This document shows positions 13,207-25,000 of a stretch of 64,000 bases of DNA, one piece after another. Location of the stretch: positions 173,910,001 through 173,974,000 of the forward strand of contig CM126202.1 of NCBI GenBank assembly GCA_052327205.1, written 5' to 3'. This DNA is from Somniosus microcephalus (lineage: Eukaryota). Both the position numbers and the translations under genes were made by a program. The first letter of the stretch is position 1; every line of letters begins with the position of its first letter. The notes under the pieces are model-generated. The model was given only the letters and a program-made list of their open reading frames with translations, did not search any database and was not told the DNA's origin.

Positions 13207-14899
13207 ATAGTATATTCAGCCTATACAGATAGATTCAGCTCAGTTTAACCCTTTCTGTCAGTTCAGAGACCACAAATTCAAAAGTGTCTTGGGCTAGTTT
13301 ATACCAGTGCAAAGTGAATGGAGAAGTTTGTGGAATGTGCTTGCGATGCATCCATTACCCATTTACCTCGGAGCTCCGAATGACATTGGTTGTGAATTTG
13401 CAACTAATTTGACACTCAAATTGAGGCTGGGTGCACTGAGAATTATTTAGCTTAACTGTAATTTTGGAAGTGGTCTGGTGGGCAGATTTAAGTGAGGTGT
13501 AAATCAAAGCATTCACTCAGCATGCCAGGGGAAATGGCCAACTCTGCTGTTGATTCTAGAGAAAAGCACAATAATCTGTGGTGGATGCTAATTTAAAACT
13601 GTCTTCCCAGTGCCCTGCGAGTTGCAGTGTGTTAGTCTTTGGTGGGCTTGCTAGCACAAGCTGATTAAGTTAATCATTATTCTATTTGAAGCTGGATATG
13701 AGTAAACCACATGAGGGTTTGTACCCAAGAGTTAGCTGAACGGACACCGCAAATGGCGAGTCTAGACAAAATACGAGGGCTGTGTTGGATTGGAGCTGGC
13801 TAGACGCATTTAGTAAGCAGACCTATTAGGTAACACTTAATTTAAGGGGATGTGAACAAGTGCGTGGAAGCTCTTTAAGAGATTTTTAGCTATCCTTCAG
13901 CTTTCAATATGCATACTATATACAACAGCCGCAAAAATAATTTCCTGCAAATTGTGCACATGATTTGGGTGCAACAGGACTTTGCCGTTATTATTCTGTA
14001 GTTGCTGTAATGTTAAGATGTACCATGCAGAATTCCACAGAAAATTGTGGTTTGATGCGTCACGGTGGCAGTTACAAAGTGATTGACTATGTTGCTGTGT
14101 GCATTTGTGATTTGCATGCACTTCTGGTGCCCTTGTGTGCTACCATGGTCTGTGTTTAATGCTAGGAAACTGTCCTCAAAGAGTATGGGTAAGATTGGGA
14201 TACGTGCTCTCGCCTCACCCCACTTCCACCTGCACTCCTGACTTAGTACAAATTACGCTAAAATCAAAAGATGGAGGAAGAAATGGCTCTGAGGCCATTG
14301 AGATGCTTGTCTCGTTAGTTTTGAAATCCTTCTGTATCTGTTTGATCTTTTTGTGCAGCACTCAGCAAGATAAGGCGGTGTCATGGCCAGCCAGGATCAA
14401 TGCCATCATACCAAGGCTGTGTAATGACAACAAAAATTTCATTTCCTACGCCAGCAAAATATATATTTGATGAACGCATAAATGTCCAATGCTGCTTACA
14501 TTACGGGATTACAAGCAAATTCTCTTTGCTTTTTGCTGTCCAGCTAAAGAACTTGCCACAGCATAAATATATTTAGCAGCACTGTAAATAGATAGAATTC
14601 CATATAGCAGAGGTGCTAACCTCAGTTGTTGGTAATATTGTTGATACTTGGCTGTTCAGTGCTCATTTGCCCTGGCGTGTTGACTGCTCATTAAATTGTT
14701 TACTGTGCGATAATTACATTATTTTGATATGCTTGCTCATGCTTCCTTAAACTTATCTTGCGCAACTTGTTTGCAGTGTACTTTTGTCCAGATGTGAGTT
14801 GCTTCCTGTACAAACAATCTCTGCATGTAGAAATTGAGGCAGTCTTAGTGATGGCGGTAAATGCTAGCAGTTCTATCATGAGCACAAAAAACCCATAAC

Positions 14900-15150
14900 T
14901 CACCTTCAACGTCTCCCTCTAATTTATCAACATTACAATGGTCAGGACTCCTGTGAAATTTCCTCTTTTGTTCCTCCGTAGCTTCAAAGGTGCTATCCTA
15001 CACACGTTTCCTCTTCCCTACCTCCTCAAAATTCAAAACTCATTGCACATCTTCCCACTCAAACCCGTTCTTCTGGACTTTGAAACTGTGGCGCTCCTTA
15101 CTTTGGTAAACCTCCCTTCCACCATGGCTTTTAAAACCTAAGCCCGTTCT
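14900..15150 (+). mobile_element. Decayed L2-like LINE fragment
   Basis: C/T-rich composition typical of L2 ORF2 relics; no clear motif. Confidence 0.35.
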
Positions 15151-15859
15151 CACATAATCACTGCTTCCTGATTTCCCCCACCTTCCGATTTATTGCTTTA
15201 TGGGCCTCAGCCTTTCCTGTTGGTTTCTGCGTTTTGAAAAATAAGAGGGTAGATATTCTGTTAATTCGTTAAGAATGTGGTTGCCGGTGCAACTTAAAAG
15301 TACTTCTTTTCATGGCTTCTGGCGCGAGGTATGCCTCAACCACTGATGATTAAGCCCCTGCATCCCTGGTGTCAATTGACTCTTGATTTTATGTAATTAC
15401 TAATAAGTAAGATTGAGCTGGTAGTAGAATTGCCAATTGTATCTAAGGATAAACAGTTTTATTTTGAACAAATTTACAGCGCCTCTGTTGCAACATGAGC
15501 TAACTTGATTTAAAGTGGTTTCTATGCTAGGATTTAATAAGTCACCACTAATTCCGATTGATCTCGGACATTTTCTTTCATAAGACCTCATTTATCTACC
15601 GCTGCAAATTTGCATTTGATGTGAATTTGCAACTGAGTTACAACCAGCGGGCAAGTGTAAAGGTTGCGGAGGGATTTGTGGCAATCACGATTTGGAATAC
15701 CATCTGAGTTTGGAGCGTCTCATCAGGCTGCCATCAATGGCTGGCACAAATCTCAAGCTGTTTTTAACAGGGGTAGCTTAATATTTCCTGGAAATAATTC
15801 AGTACAGTTGCAGTTATTCAACTGTGAAGGCCTTCGCAGCCTAAGCTCCTCAGAGTGCT

Positions 15860-16255
15860 TACTGGATAGGTGCACTGCATGGTACTGAGTCCTACAGACC
15901 AGGAAGGTCGCAGGCTCAGCCTACAGTCTGCAGTTAATTTGCTGATCTCAGCTCGGCAATAGTTGGAATGAGTTGGCCTTAGTGCTGTTTAGATGAAGGA
16001 GAGTCCAAATCAGCGATGGGGTTCAGATCTCCATGCAGTGTATCCTTCTGGAAAGTGAATGCGTGGATATCCGATCCATCAGAAACGAATCAAGCTTGAA
16101 TGCTGTCCCTTCCATGGTGGAAATGCCTACCGATACTCAGTGCCTTAATTCACACACACGTAAAATAACGACTTGGAAAAGAGGTACCACAGGGCTGCTG
16201 CTGCCCATGGAACCATATACCAGCGGAGCCAGCTTGTTCAAAAGACAAGGGGAAA
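15860..16255 (+). mobile_element. Old SINE-like repeat, family X, near full length
   Basis: gtactgagtcctacagaccaggaagg...gctgatctcagc...ctggaaagtg...gaggtacc...cccatggaacc; related motifs recur at 35595-35900, 47455-47700, 59760-60110 and 44380-44470. Confidence 0.6.
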
Positions 16256-16319
16256 ACTTTCGATGGAAGAATTGTGTTCTGCTTTACTCATCCAGAGATA
16301 TGACGGGGGGAGGGGGGGG

Positions 16320-16459
16320 GGTTGATTTTCAATTTGCTGCCCGGGTATAAAACTGCCGTTTGCGGATCGGATGCCGATCATTGAAACCATTGATTTCAAT
16401 GAAAATGGGCTGGTTTCTGTACCAGGTGGTTGACCTGGGCGGCAAGTTGAAAATCTACC
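16320..16459. mobile_element. Short MITE (~140 bp)
   Basis: TIRs GGTTGATTTTCAATTTGCTGCCC / GGGCGGCAAGTTGAAAATCTACC (20/23 complementary); central palindrome CATTGATTTCAATG. Confidence 0.7.
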
Positions 16460-18526
16460 ACGTAATCTTTACTGGGCTGTGTATGTAAAAGGCTCTCAAA
16501 TCCTCACAAGCACCTAAAGTGCTGCAATTACAGTGAGTTTTCTCCATAGCGGGAAGTAAGAGGTTTAGCAAGTGCAAGGCTGCGATGTTAATGTTAATTT
16601 ATTGGAGGAAGGCAAATCCTACCCCACCTCAACCTCACTGCACCAAAGACGTTAGATGTTAGTGCCGCTGTTTATATGCTTTGAAGAGGGTCATTTTGCT
16701 GTGTAGTTGTCGAATGCTGAACAGTTATATGTTTAATGTGTAAAATATACATTGTAATAACAGGGCTCCGTATCCCAGTGTACAAATGCAGCATTGTTTA
16801 CAGATCGTTCTGTCTTGTGTTGGTGAGGCTTTGGCTCTACTGACTGAAATTTGAGAGTTCATCCACAAAATGGAGAGACATCTAGGCTGACTCTTGGCTT
16901 ATCTGTGACTGCAGTCTCACTGCAGCTTCTCAGCAGCCAGTAGCTTTGTGTCGCTTTATAAATCAGACCGGATATTGTGTTTATGCGCCCAACGTTCCCC
17001 CCCCCCCCCCACATCTCTTGCGCCCGGGCATTTTACAGTAGGGCGCTACATCGTGAGAGGTCTGAAGTGCACACGGACCATGCATTTTACCCGCTTTTAC
17101 CGTTGCAGCATTTTATTCTGTACCCTCCCTAGTAAAAAAAAAAATTCTTGTCTCACAAGAGAACATTTTCAGCAAGGCTGGTGTTTGAGAGGCTGTGTAA
17201 GGAGTTGTTTTGTGCTGTGTACAATTTCTGTTCAAAGTGGAAAAGATTATGAATCACAAACTCTTATTCCAAGGTGACTTTTTTCTCTCTAGGTATACAC
17301 AACAAATTAAATAGATTGCACAAAGAGCTCAAACTGACCAGCTCCAATTCATTTGGCTGCAGACTCACAATCCCAGTGAGAGTGATGAAGGATTTAAAAA
17401 GCCACCTTATCATTGTCTCGAACACAAAACCCTTCCGCTGAGATCTTTCAGCTAACTTCTTCACTTCTTAAATATCCAGGGGGCAAACTGGCCATTCTTA
17501 TTAATCGGCTTAAAGCTAATGAGATGAATGGATCTTAAGCAGGACCTCAAACTGTCCTAAGCCCTCCACATCAGCAGTTTTGAAGTGATTGTGAGGGGGT
17601 GTCTGTCTGTCTGTCTGTATGTGTGTGTGCGGCGGAGGGGGCAGGGGGGGGGGCTGTGTGGGGAGAAGTGGATCGGACTTCAGAGAATAGCTAGCCCTTG
17701 TTTTTCTAAGATGTCAACACATTCTCAGGTTTTACCTCGGGTATTAATCTGCCCCCTCCCTGTTCAATCATGTGCTGACGAGGCTTGAGAAACAATGAAA
17801 GAAGGAATTAGATTGCTTTTTTTTGGGTGAAAAATTCCATGGGAAAGGCAGGAAAGGCTGAGCTGGTTACTGGGGACTTAGCTGCTGACTTGCTGTCAGT
17901 GAAGTCTATTTGAATAACCTACCCCTTTAGCCTTCATTTTCCCCCTTTGTCCACTCCAGTTCATAAACGGTAGCAGCTGGAGATTTTTATTCATGTAAGC
18001 TGCTGCTTAATATCCATGAAGATTTCTAACTGGGTCAGAAGAGCAATAGGATTTTATTTTTTTGTGTTCTTTTTTGCCCCACATCTAGTTAAGGCCAAAG
18101 CTCCAAATGTTCCTTTTCAATCCAAAAGTACTCACCTTTTGTGTGTTCTGTGCTTTGTCTTTATCACATTCTTTATTAACAGACAGACGATACAAACCAC
18201 ATTTTCTTCACAGAAGCTTGAAAAGTCCTCGAGCCCTCAGAGGATTAATAAGCTGGAGTGCTTGTTCTGGTGCTGTGTGAAGAGCTGGACTCAGTGCTGT
18301 AGAGGTGATGGCAGCTGGGAGTCAGAAGCGTTTCATCCAACCATATGCTTATGGGTTGAACAAGTCACAGTTGTCAGCAGTTATAGAACACATCTTCACC
18401 CTGTGTAGATACAGCAGTTATAGATTATATCTTGACAAATATGTAGGTACACAAGTTATAGAGCACACATATAACTTAGCATACTGTACAGTTACAGTAG
18501 GCATATATCATATCCTCACACTGTAG

Positions 18527-19116
18527 GTGCATCAGTGATAAATCGTAACATCAGACTGTGTCGGTGCATCAGTGATGGATCGTAATATTCGACTGTGTCG
18601 GTGCATCAGTGATGGATCGTAATATCAGACTGTGTCGGTGCATCAGTGATGGATCGTAATATCAGACTGTGTCGGTGCATCAGTGATGGATCGTAATATC
18701 AGACTGTGTCGGTGCATCAGTGATGGATCGTAATATCAGACTGTGTCGGTGCATCAGTGATGGATCGTAATATCAGACTGTCGGTGCATCAGTGATGGAT
18801 CGTAATATCAGACTGTGTCGGTGCATCAGTGATGGATCGTAATATCAGACTGTGTCGGTGCATCAGTGATGGATCGTAATATCAGACTGTGTCGGTGCAT
18901 CAGTGATGGATCGTAATATCAGACTGTGTTGGTGCATCAGTGATGGATCGTAATATCAGACTGTGTCGGTGCATCAGTGATGGATCGTAATATCAGACTG
19001 TGTCGGTGCATCAGTGATGGATCGTAATATCAGACTGTGTTGGTGCATCAGTGATGGATTGTAATATCAGACTGTGTCGGTGCATCAGTGATGGATCGTA
19101 TTTGTCACACTGTGTA
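18527..19116. repeat. 37-bp minisatellite, about 16 copies
   Basis: Unit GTGCATCAGTGATGGATCGTAATATCAGACTGTGTCG repeated head to tail with no spacers; one unit lacks TG. Degenerate units flank it (about 18360-18526 and 19590-19710). Confidence 0.97.
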
Positions 19117-19124
19117 GATGCAAT

Positions 19125-19588
19125 AAGAAAAAAACTTGCATTTAGATTGCACCTTTCACGACCTCAGGATGTCCCGAAGCGCTTCACAGCCAACGAAGTA
19201 CTTGTTAATTGTAGTGACTGTTGTAATGTAGGGGAACACAGCAGCCAACTTGTGCACAGTAGGGTCCCACAAACAGCAATGAGATAAATGGCCAGATAAT
19301 CTGTTTATGATGGCTTTGATTGAGGGATAAATATTGGCTAGGGCACCAGGAGAACTCCCTTGCTCTTCTTCAGATAGTGCTACAGGATCTTTTACGTCCA
19401 GCTAAGAGGGCAGACGGGGCCTTGGCTTAATGTCTTGTCTGAAGGACAGAACCTCCAACAGTGCAACGCTCCCTCAGTATTCACTGGAGTGTCAGCCTAG
19501 ATGATGTCCTCAAGTCTCTGGAGTGGGATTTGAACCCACAACTTTCTGACTCTGAGGCAAGAGTGCTACCACTGAGCCACGACTGACA
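19125..19588 (-). mobile_element. tRNA-derived DeuSINE (SacSINE1-like), full length
   Basis: Minus strand has a tRNA head (TGGCTCAGTGG..GGTTCAAATCC), a Deu-like core (ggccccgtctgccctct..tggacgtaaaagatcc) and an L2-like tail (..tgcaagtt). It is the reverse-complement homolog of 57431-57885. Confidence 0.85.
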
Positions 19589-21852
19589 GTGCTAGATTGT
19601 TAGCGTTACACTATGTAGGTGCAGAAGTGATGGATTGTATCGTCACAGTGTATAGATACAGTCGTGATTGTATCATCACACTGCAGGTGCAGTAATGGCT
19701 ATTACACCACAATCACACCAATGTGAAGTGGTTTCAGAATTGTACTGGTGCAAAATGAATTCAGGATTCAGATTTACAATTTGATCCTAAGCTCACTGAA
19801 GTCAAGATATGTGAGACCATGAATTGCTCCTCAGCATTAAGGTAGCATTAGCTCTAACCGAGTGCAAAGCCGAGTTTTAAAAAGTGTCCAGGCTGTCCAT
19901 TGTACACCCCAGGTACTTGGAAAATTTGCGTTTGAATCATTTTAATGTTAACAGATAGCTCATGTTCCCACCAGGAACCGAAGTCTCCTCGTGTGTATTT
20001 GTGGCTGAGGTTGGTGCAAAGTACAACCGATAGTGTAATCCATGTCTGATGGCTCCTCATCATATTCTACAGATATTGACCTGAAACTGGTACCTTATTT
20101 AGTTCCTCTAATTAGTAGAAATAGTAAAATAGTAGGTTTTAGGTTATCAGTAGTCAGTCTATTGAGTGATTTGGATCTGAAGATTCCTTTTTAGCATTCC
20201 AAGATCTGCTAGCCAACCTACTGTTTTGATTAGAATGTAATCTTTTGAACAATGTAATTGATTTTGTTAAATCTTAAAGTCGATGCCATGTCTGTGGGAA
20301 ACTTTAGTTCACATTCCCTTGAAAAGCTGGAATTTAAAGTCCTTCAGTACTGCGGCTTGTCTGTATTGTGCCACCAGTAGCAATATGAACATGTCAAATT
20401 TCACCGCTGCTTCTGGAAGAAAATATTCAATGCAAAGTCCTTCCAGCGAAAAGTCTAGATTGAGGATTTCTCCGAACCTTGTGCTGCATTGCTGTGTATA
20501 ATGGTGTGTTTAGACCAGAAGGAAAATTGTGATGTCTTGACCAAGCCAATCAAAATGAACGCACTGATATTAATTTAAAAGGAAATAGTTCCTTGTTGTC
20601 ATTAATTTAAAGGACTCATTCCTTTTTAGATAATTTGTTAAATAATGTTTAGCATCTGAGGAAACATTAGATAATGTTTGGAGAAAATTTGTGCAGTGAT
20701 TTAGTGATGATTTAAACACTGATTACTTTCCCTGCTTGAATACGTCATCTGGCTATGGAGGTACTGTTCTGGAGACATGAATATACAATCAGGTCATATG
20801 TGCATAATAAACCATACATCTGACCGCTGACAGCTCCAGTCCTTGACAAACAGAACTTTTGTTTAATTGCCAATAAAACCTCTATCCAAAGCAGTGCAGG
20901 GTTGGGTTCCCTGTTTATATGTTAATGTTAGGTGGAAATTTACACAATACAGACTCTTGGTTGTCCCGCATGTACTTACATTAGAGGCTGAGCAGTACAA
21001 TGCTTCACTGGCCTGTTTATAAGGTTTGAGGTCATTTTAGTTTAGGTTAAAGGCCTAAGGGAATATTATTTATTTCCTGTCTCTTCAGAGCCTGGTCGAG
21101 TAAATACTTGCACCTCCTTGAAGCTGCTGTTGCTTCGTTGTAAAGGACTGTGTGTAGGGAACTATATAAAAAAATGTATTTTAAAAATTGTTTAAGATTG
21201 GCCGCCTATGTGCGTCATTTCCTAAAAACTTGCCGTGACTTCTATTTGGTTTGGGTTTGAGTTGTGTCGGATTATTAGTCTGTGAAGGAAGAGATAACGC
21301 ATTTCCTTGTATTGAATTTCGGCACGCTCTGTATTTTGTGGCCAATAAAAAATTAAAATGTGCTTGTGCACTAGTGGTAAAGCAAGGCATGCAAATTTCA
21401 CACGCACATGAAAGGCGCTTTTGAGGAAATTGTACTTCCTATATTTAGACAATAATATTTTGTACCCTGTATTTTGTATAAAACATACTTTTTCTTGTTT
21501 GTGTATTGTTCACCTTCCTTTAATAAATTTAAAAAAAATCAAATTTACAATGAATTTTTTGGAATATTGCACCTTTTCTATTGTCTAGATTTTATTTCTG
21601 TCTGTACAATGACAGCCGAGTGGAAGAAAAATCACGTTGTGTTCATGAAGCTGTTTTAAATCCTTTGGACACAGTCTGTATTGGGAAATGCCCCCACCGC
21701 TGTGCATTTTCCATGTTTTCCACAGGTACAACATTTTTCCATATAGTGATTGAATTGTGATTGAGGTAATCGAAAATAGTCTTTGAAATCTATTCAAGTG
21801 CAGATAAAATCATCATTCTCTGCCAAGACACGACTGCTTGGGCCAAAGTAAA

Positions 21853-22025
21853 GGCAGAAAATGTCAGCAACTGTAAAGAGAAAAGATAGGTTAATGTTTG
21901 GGTGTCGATCCTTTAACAGAATGCTCGTTCCAATGATGGGCCTACATCCTAAACATTAATCTATCATTTCTCTTTACAAATGCTGATGGATCTGCAGTAT
22001 ATTTCCAGAATGATCTGTTTTTCTT
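21853..22025. mobile_element. Degenerate inverted pair of Penelope-like 3' termini (palindromic element)
   Basis: Arms tgtaaagagaaaagataggttaatgtttgggtg / catcctaaacattaatctatcatttctctttaca; the right arm and tail resemble 47250-47340. Confidence 0.6.
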
Positions 22026-25000
22026 TTTATCTCTACTGACTATTATATGGAAAAATAGAATGCGTGCACTTGAGCTTTTTTCATTTTCTAAAACCCTTTG
22101 AAAAATGATTTATTGCTGTTTAAAATCTGACATAATTCTAATTGTTTATGGTGGTTTTACTTCCCTTTCGATATGTAACCATGAAGCAAGCGACTGGTCA
22201 TCTATTAAAGGACCTCGAAACTGTCATTTTTGCGTGTGTCCCACAACAGAGGATCATCTGTATATTGGACTTTTTCTGTTAAACTGGGATGAAAATAGGA
22301 GCAGAATATATACATTCATATATAATGGGATTCTCTGTAGGACATTTGAACAAACTTTGTACTTGTCAAATAGAGAGGAAGGTGATCACTAATGTTAGTT
22401 TGAGTGCTTAAAACCGAAATGGTGATTTTACAACAGGATTGATAATATTTGGACACTGTTAATCTGTTATTTGTAAATTTGAAACATTCTTGCAAATGCA
22501 TCCCTTCTAACACTAACTTTTAAAAGGATGCTGTATGGATTAAAGTTTTGGTAGTTTTAGAAGCTGACTGATTTGAGATAGCGTGAGAAATACTGATATT
22601 AAAATGTTGTAACTACATGGAGTGATCCCAGCCCTGGATTTAAAAAAATCCGAGAGCTGATCGGTAACACGCAAGCTTCCCATTAGCTTCAGTGACGTGA
22701 CTACAGCTGCGTTTCAGAAGCCTGGGGAGACTTGAGGGTCTTGCGCAGTGGGCACGAGATTTATTTTTTGCCCTTAACAAAGAAAGGTGCTGAGATAGTT
22801 TTGACAAGTCACTATAGATGTCACAAAGACCACCTTTATGTTTGACTTAAAAAAAAACCCATTTTGGACCAATCTTCATTTGCATTTGTGCCTCTGAACT
22901 TAGGATAGGGAAGAGATGGGAAAAGAGTATCCTGAAATTCAGCAGTGACAAGAGACCGCTGGCTGAATAATGCAGTAACTTTCTGCCGACTTTAAAGTAA
23001 ACGGGGAGTTGTCAGTACATTAGGAGGAGGAACCTGCCCTGTCGGTACATTACTTGCACTGGGCTAGTATCACTGGTAAAAGGAGCATGGCACGCAGGTG
23101 TCTAAATTATTTACAGTCATAATCGTCCTTTATGTTACATCTCAAAGCCATGGCTCTGTTATTCTTTTGCATAATTGATGGTGCTCAGAACTGGAAGAGT
23201 TAGAATAGCAGAAGTAATGTGATGCGAATGTGCAGTGAGGCAGCAAGTCAGTCAGCTGGCATTGCGCTGCAGTGATGTGTGGGTACAGTAATCACTGGTT
23301 TGCGTGTATAAGCCCTGTACATGCACAGCTAGAAGCAGAGAAAGGGGGCCATCTAAATATAACAGGACCTGACACTTAACAACGACTGGATGGCAGTCAG
23401 ATCAGAAGGTATTGGTTCATAGTTACAAACCATCTGTACTGGGGGAGGCGATGGTTCCAGTAGCGGCTGTCCCAATGCTGCAGGGCACAAAACGCTATGA
23501 GACCAGTAATTCATTTTTCGTTTCTTTGTGTAGTCCAGTGCCATTTTGGGTTTTGGGGGGGGGGGGGGGGGGGCGGGAATTGTATAATCAAGAATATATT
23601 CATTTCAAATAAATTCACATCTAAATGGTGACACGTTTTGTTTAAAAGAAATACAAAATACTGCAGCGTCTTACAATGAGACTGTTTTAAATTTGAGACA
23701 GCATAACCAATTTTTATGATTTTTTTTTCTGCTGTGTTTTGTGCAGGACTGATCTAATACCACAGTAAGATTCCATAAAAAAAATAATCATTAATGAACA
23801 TTCATTTGTTTAACAGGAATTTATAAAAGATCAACAGATATAAATAAAATATAGATAGAAAAGCAAATAAGAAAATAAGAAAAGCTTATCAGGATTTAAT
23901 TGTGTTCCAAACCTGCGCTACATTAGAAAGTAAAAACCCTGTACAGAACCCCATAGATTATTATTAACTGTTACAAATTGGAAAAGGTAAAGAAGGCAAG
24001 AGAAAGCACGTCTCTTATGCAAGTCCACAATACTTTCCCCATTGCTGAAAATGTCTCCTTTTTTTTCTCCAGCAGTGTTTGAAAATCTTGAATACAAAAG
24101 GAGAGAAATGATTTCTCTTTGGTGTATTCCACTTTACGGAGATGAGCATTTGAAGCAGGAGCACCAGATTGACATGCAAATATATTTCTCGTATTTAGCA
24201 ATGGTGCCCTGAGAGAATTTAATATAGAGATATTTCCATTTTAGTAAAGTGTGTGCAGTGGAGTTGGTGGTCATTCACCTCTGACGCTGGATTAGGGTGG
24301 AGAGGGCTAAATTTAGGGTTTGATTTGGAAAAAGTCCTACTGGCATTTTTTAATATAGATAGATAAGAAAAATATTAAAGCTTTGTCCTGCATTTTCTCC
24401 ACCAAAAGCACCAACAGGACAGTGGGATATTTCGTCACTGCTCATGAATAAGACCATATTGCTTGTCGTAGAAGTATTGCATCAGGATATAAATACAAGC
24501 ATATTTTGGTTATAAGCTCACAAATACATTCTTCTTATTAGATACTTACTTAATTTAATTCTGAGTTGCTATCCAATAGAATGTTGCCTTAGTTAGTCAC
24601 TAGGAAATGCCTGTACAAATTATTATCGGAGTGCATCCTAAAAAGGTTTAACAGTAACACTTTTTTTGTTGTGAATGTTGCTATTGATGTGGTTTCATAG
24701 TGAGTAAGTCACTGCTTTTGTGCAGGTTTCAAAATGAGCATCCTTTCTTATGTAAACCACCTGCTACGTTTTGAATTGGCGTTTCTAGAACAGGAAGGAA
24801 TCGCACAACTATAGACCAGAGCATCTGCAGTATTCCGTACTCTTAACTGCCACGCACCAATAATCCTCAGCAAAATAAAAATGCAGTCTCGAGTGCTGGA
24901 GAGTGTTCAAAGCGGCCAGGTGATAGTTGAACCGTTAGTAAAAGAACATCTTTATCTCCGCAAGAAATGCCGTGATGTGTACATATTCTAAACCTTGAAC

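Noticed and set aside
18527-19116. CRISPR array (37-bp repeats)
   Set aside because: Units are directly adjacent with no unique spacers, there are no cas genes and the context is eukaryotic; it is a minisatellite.
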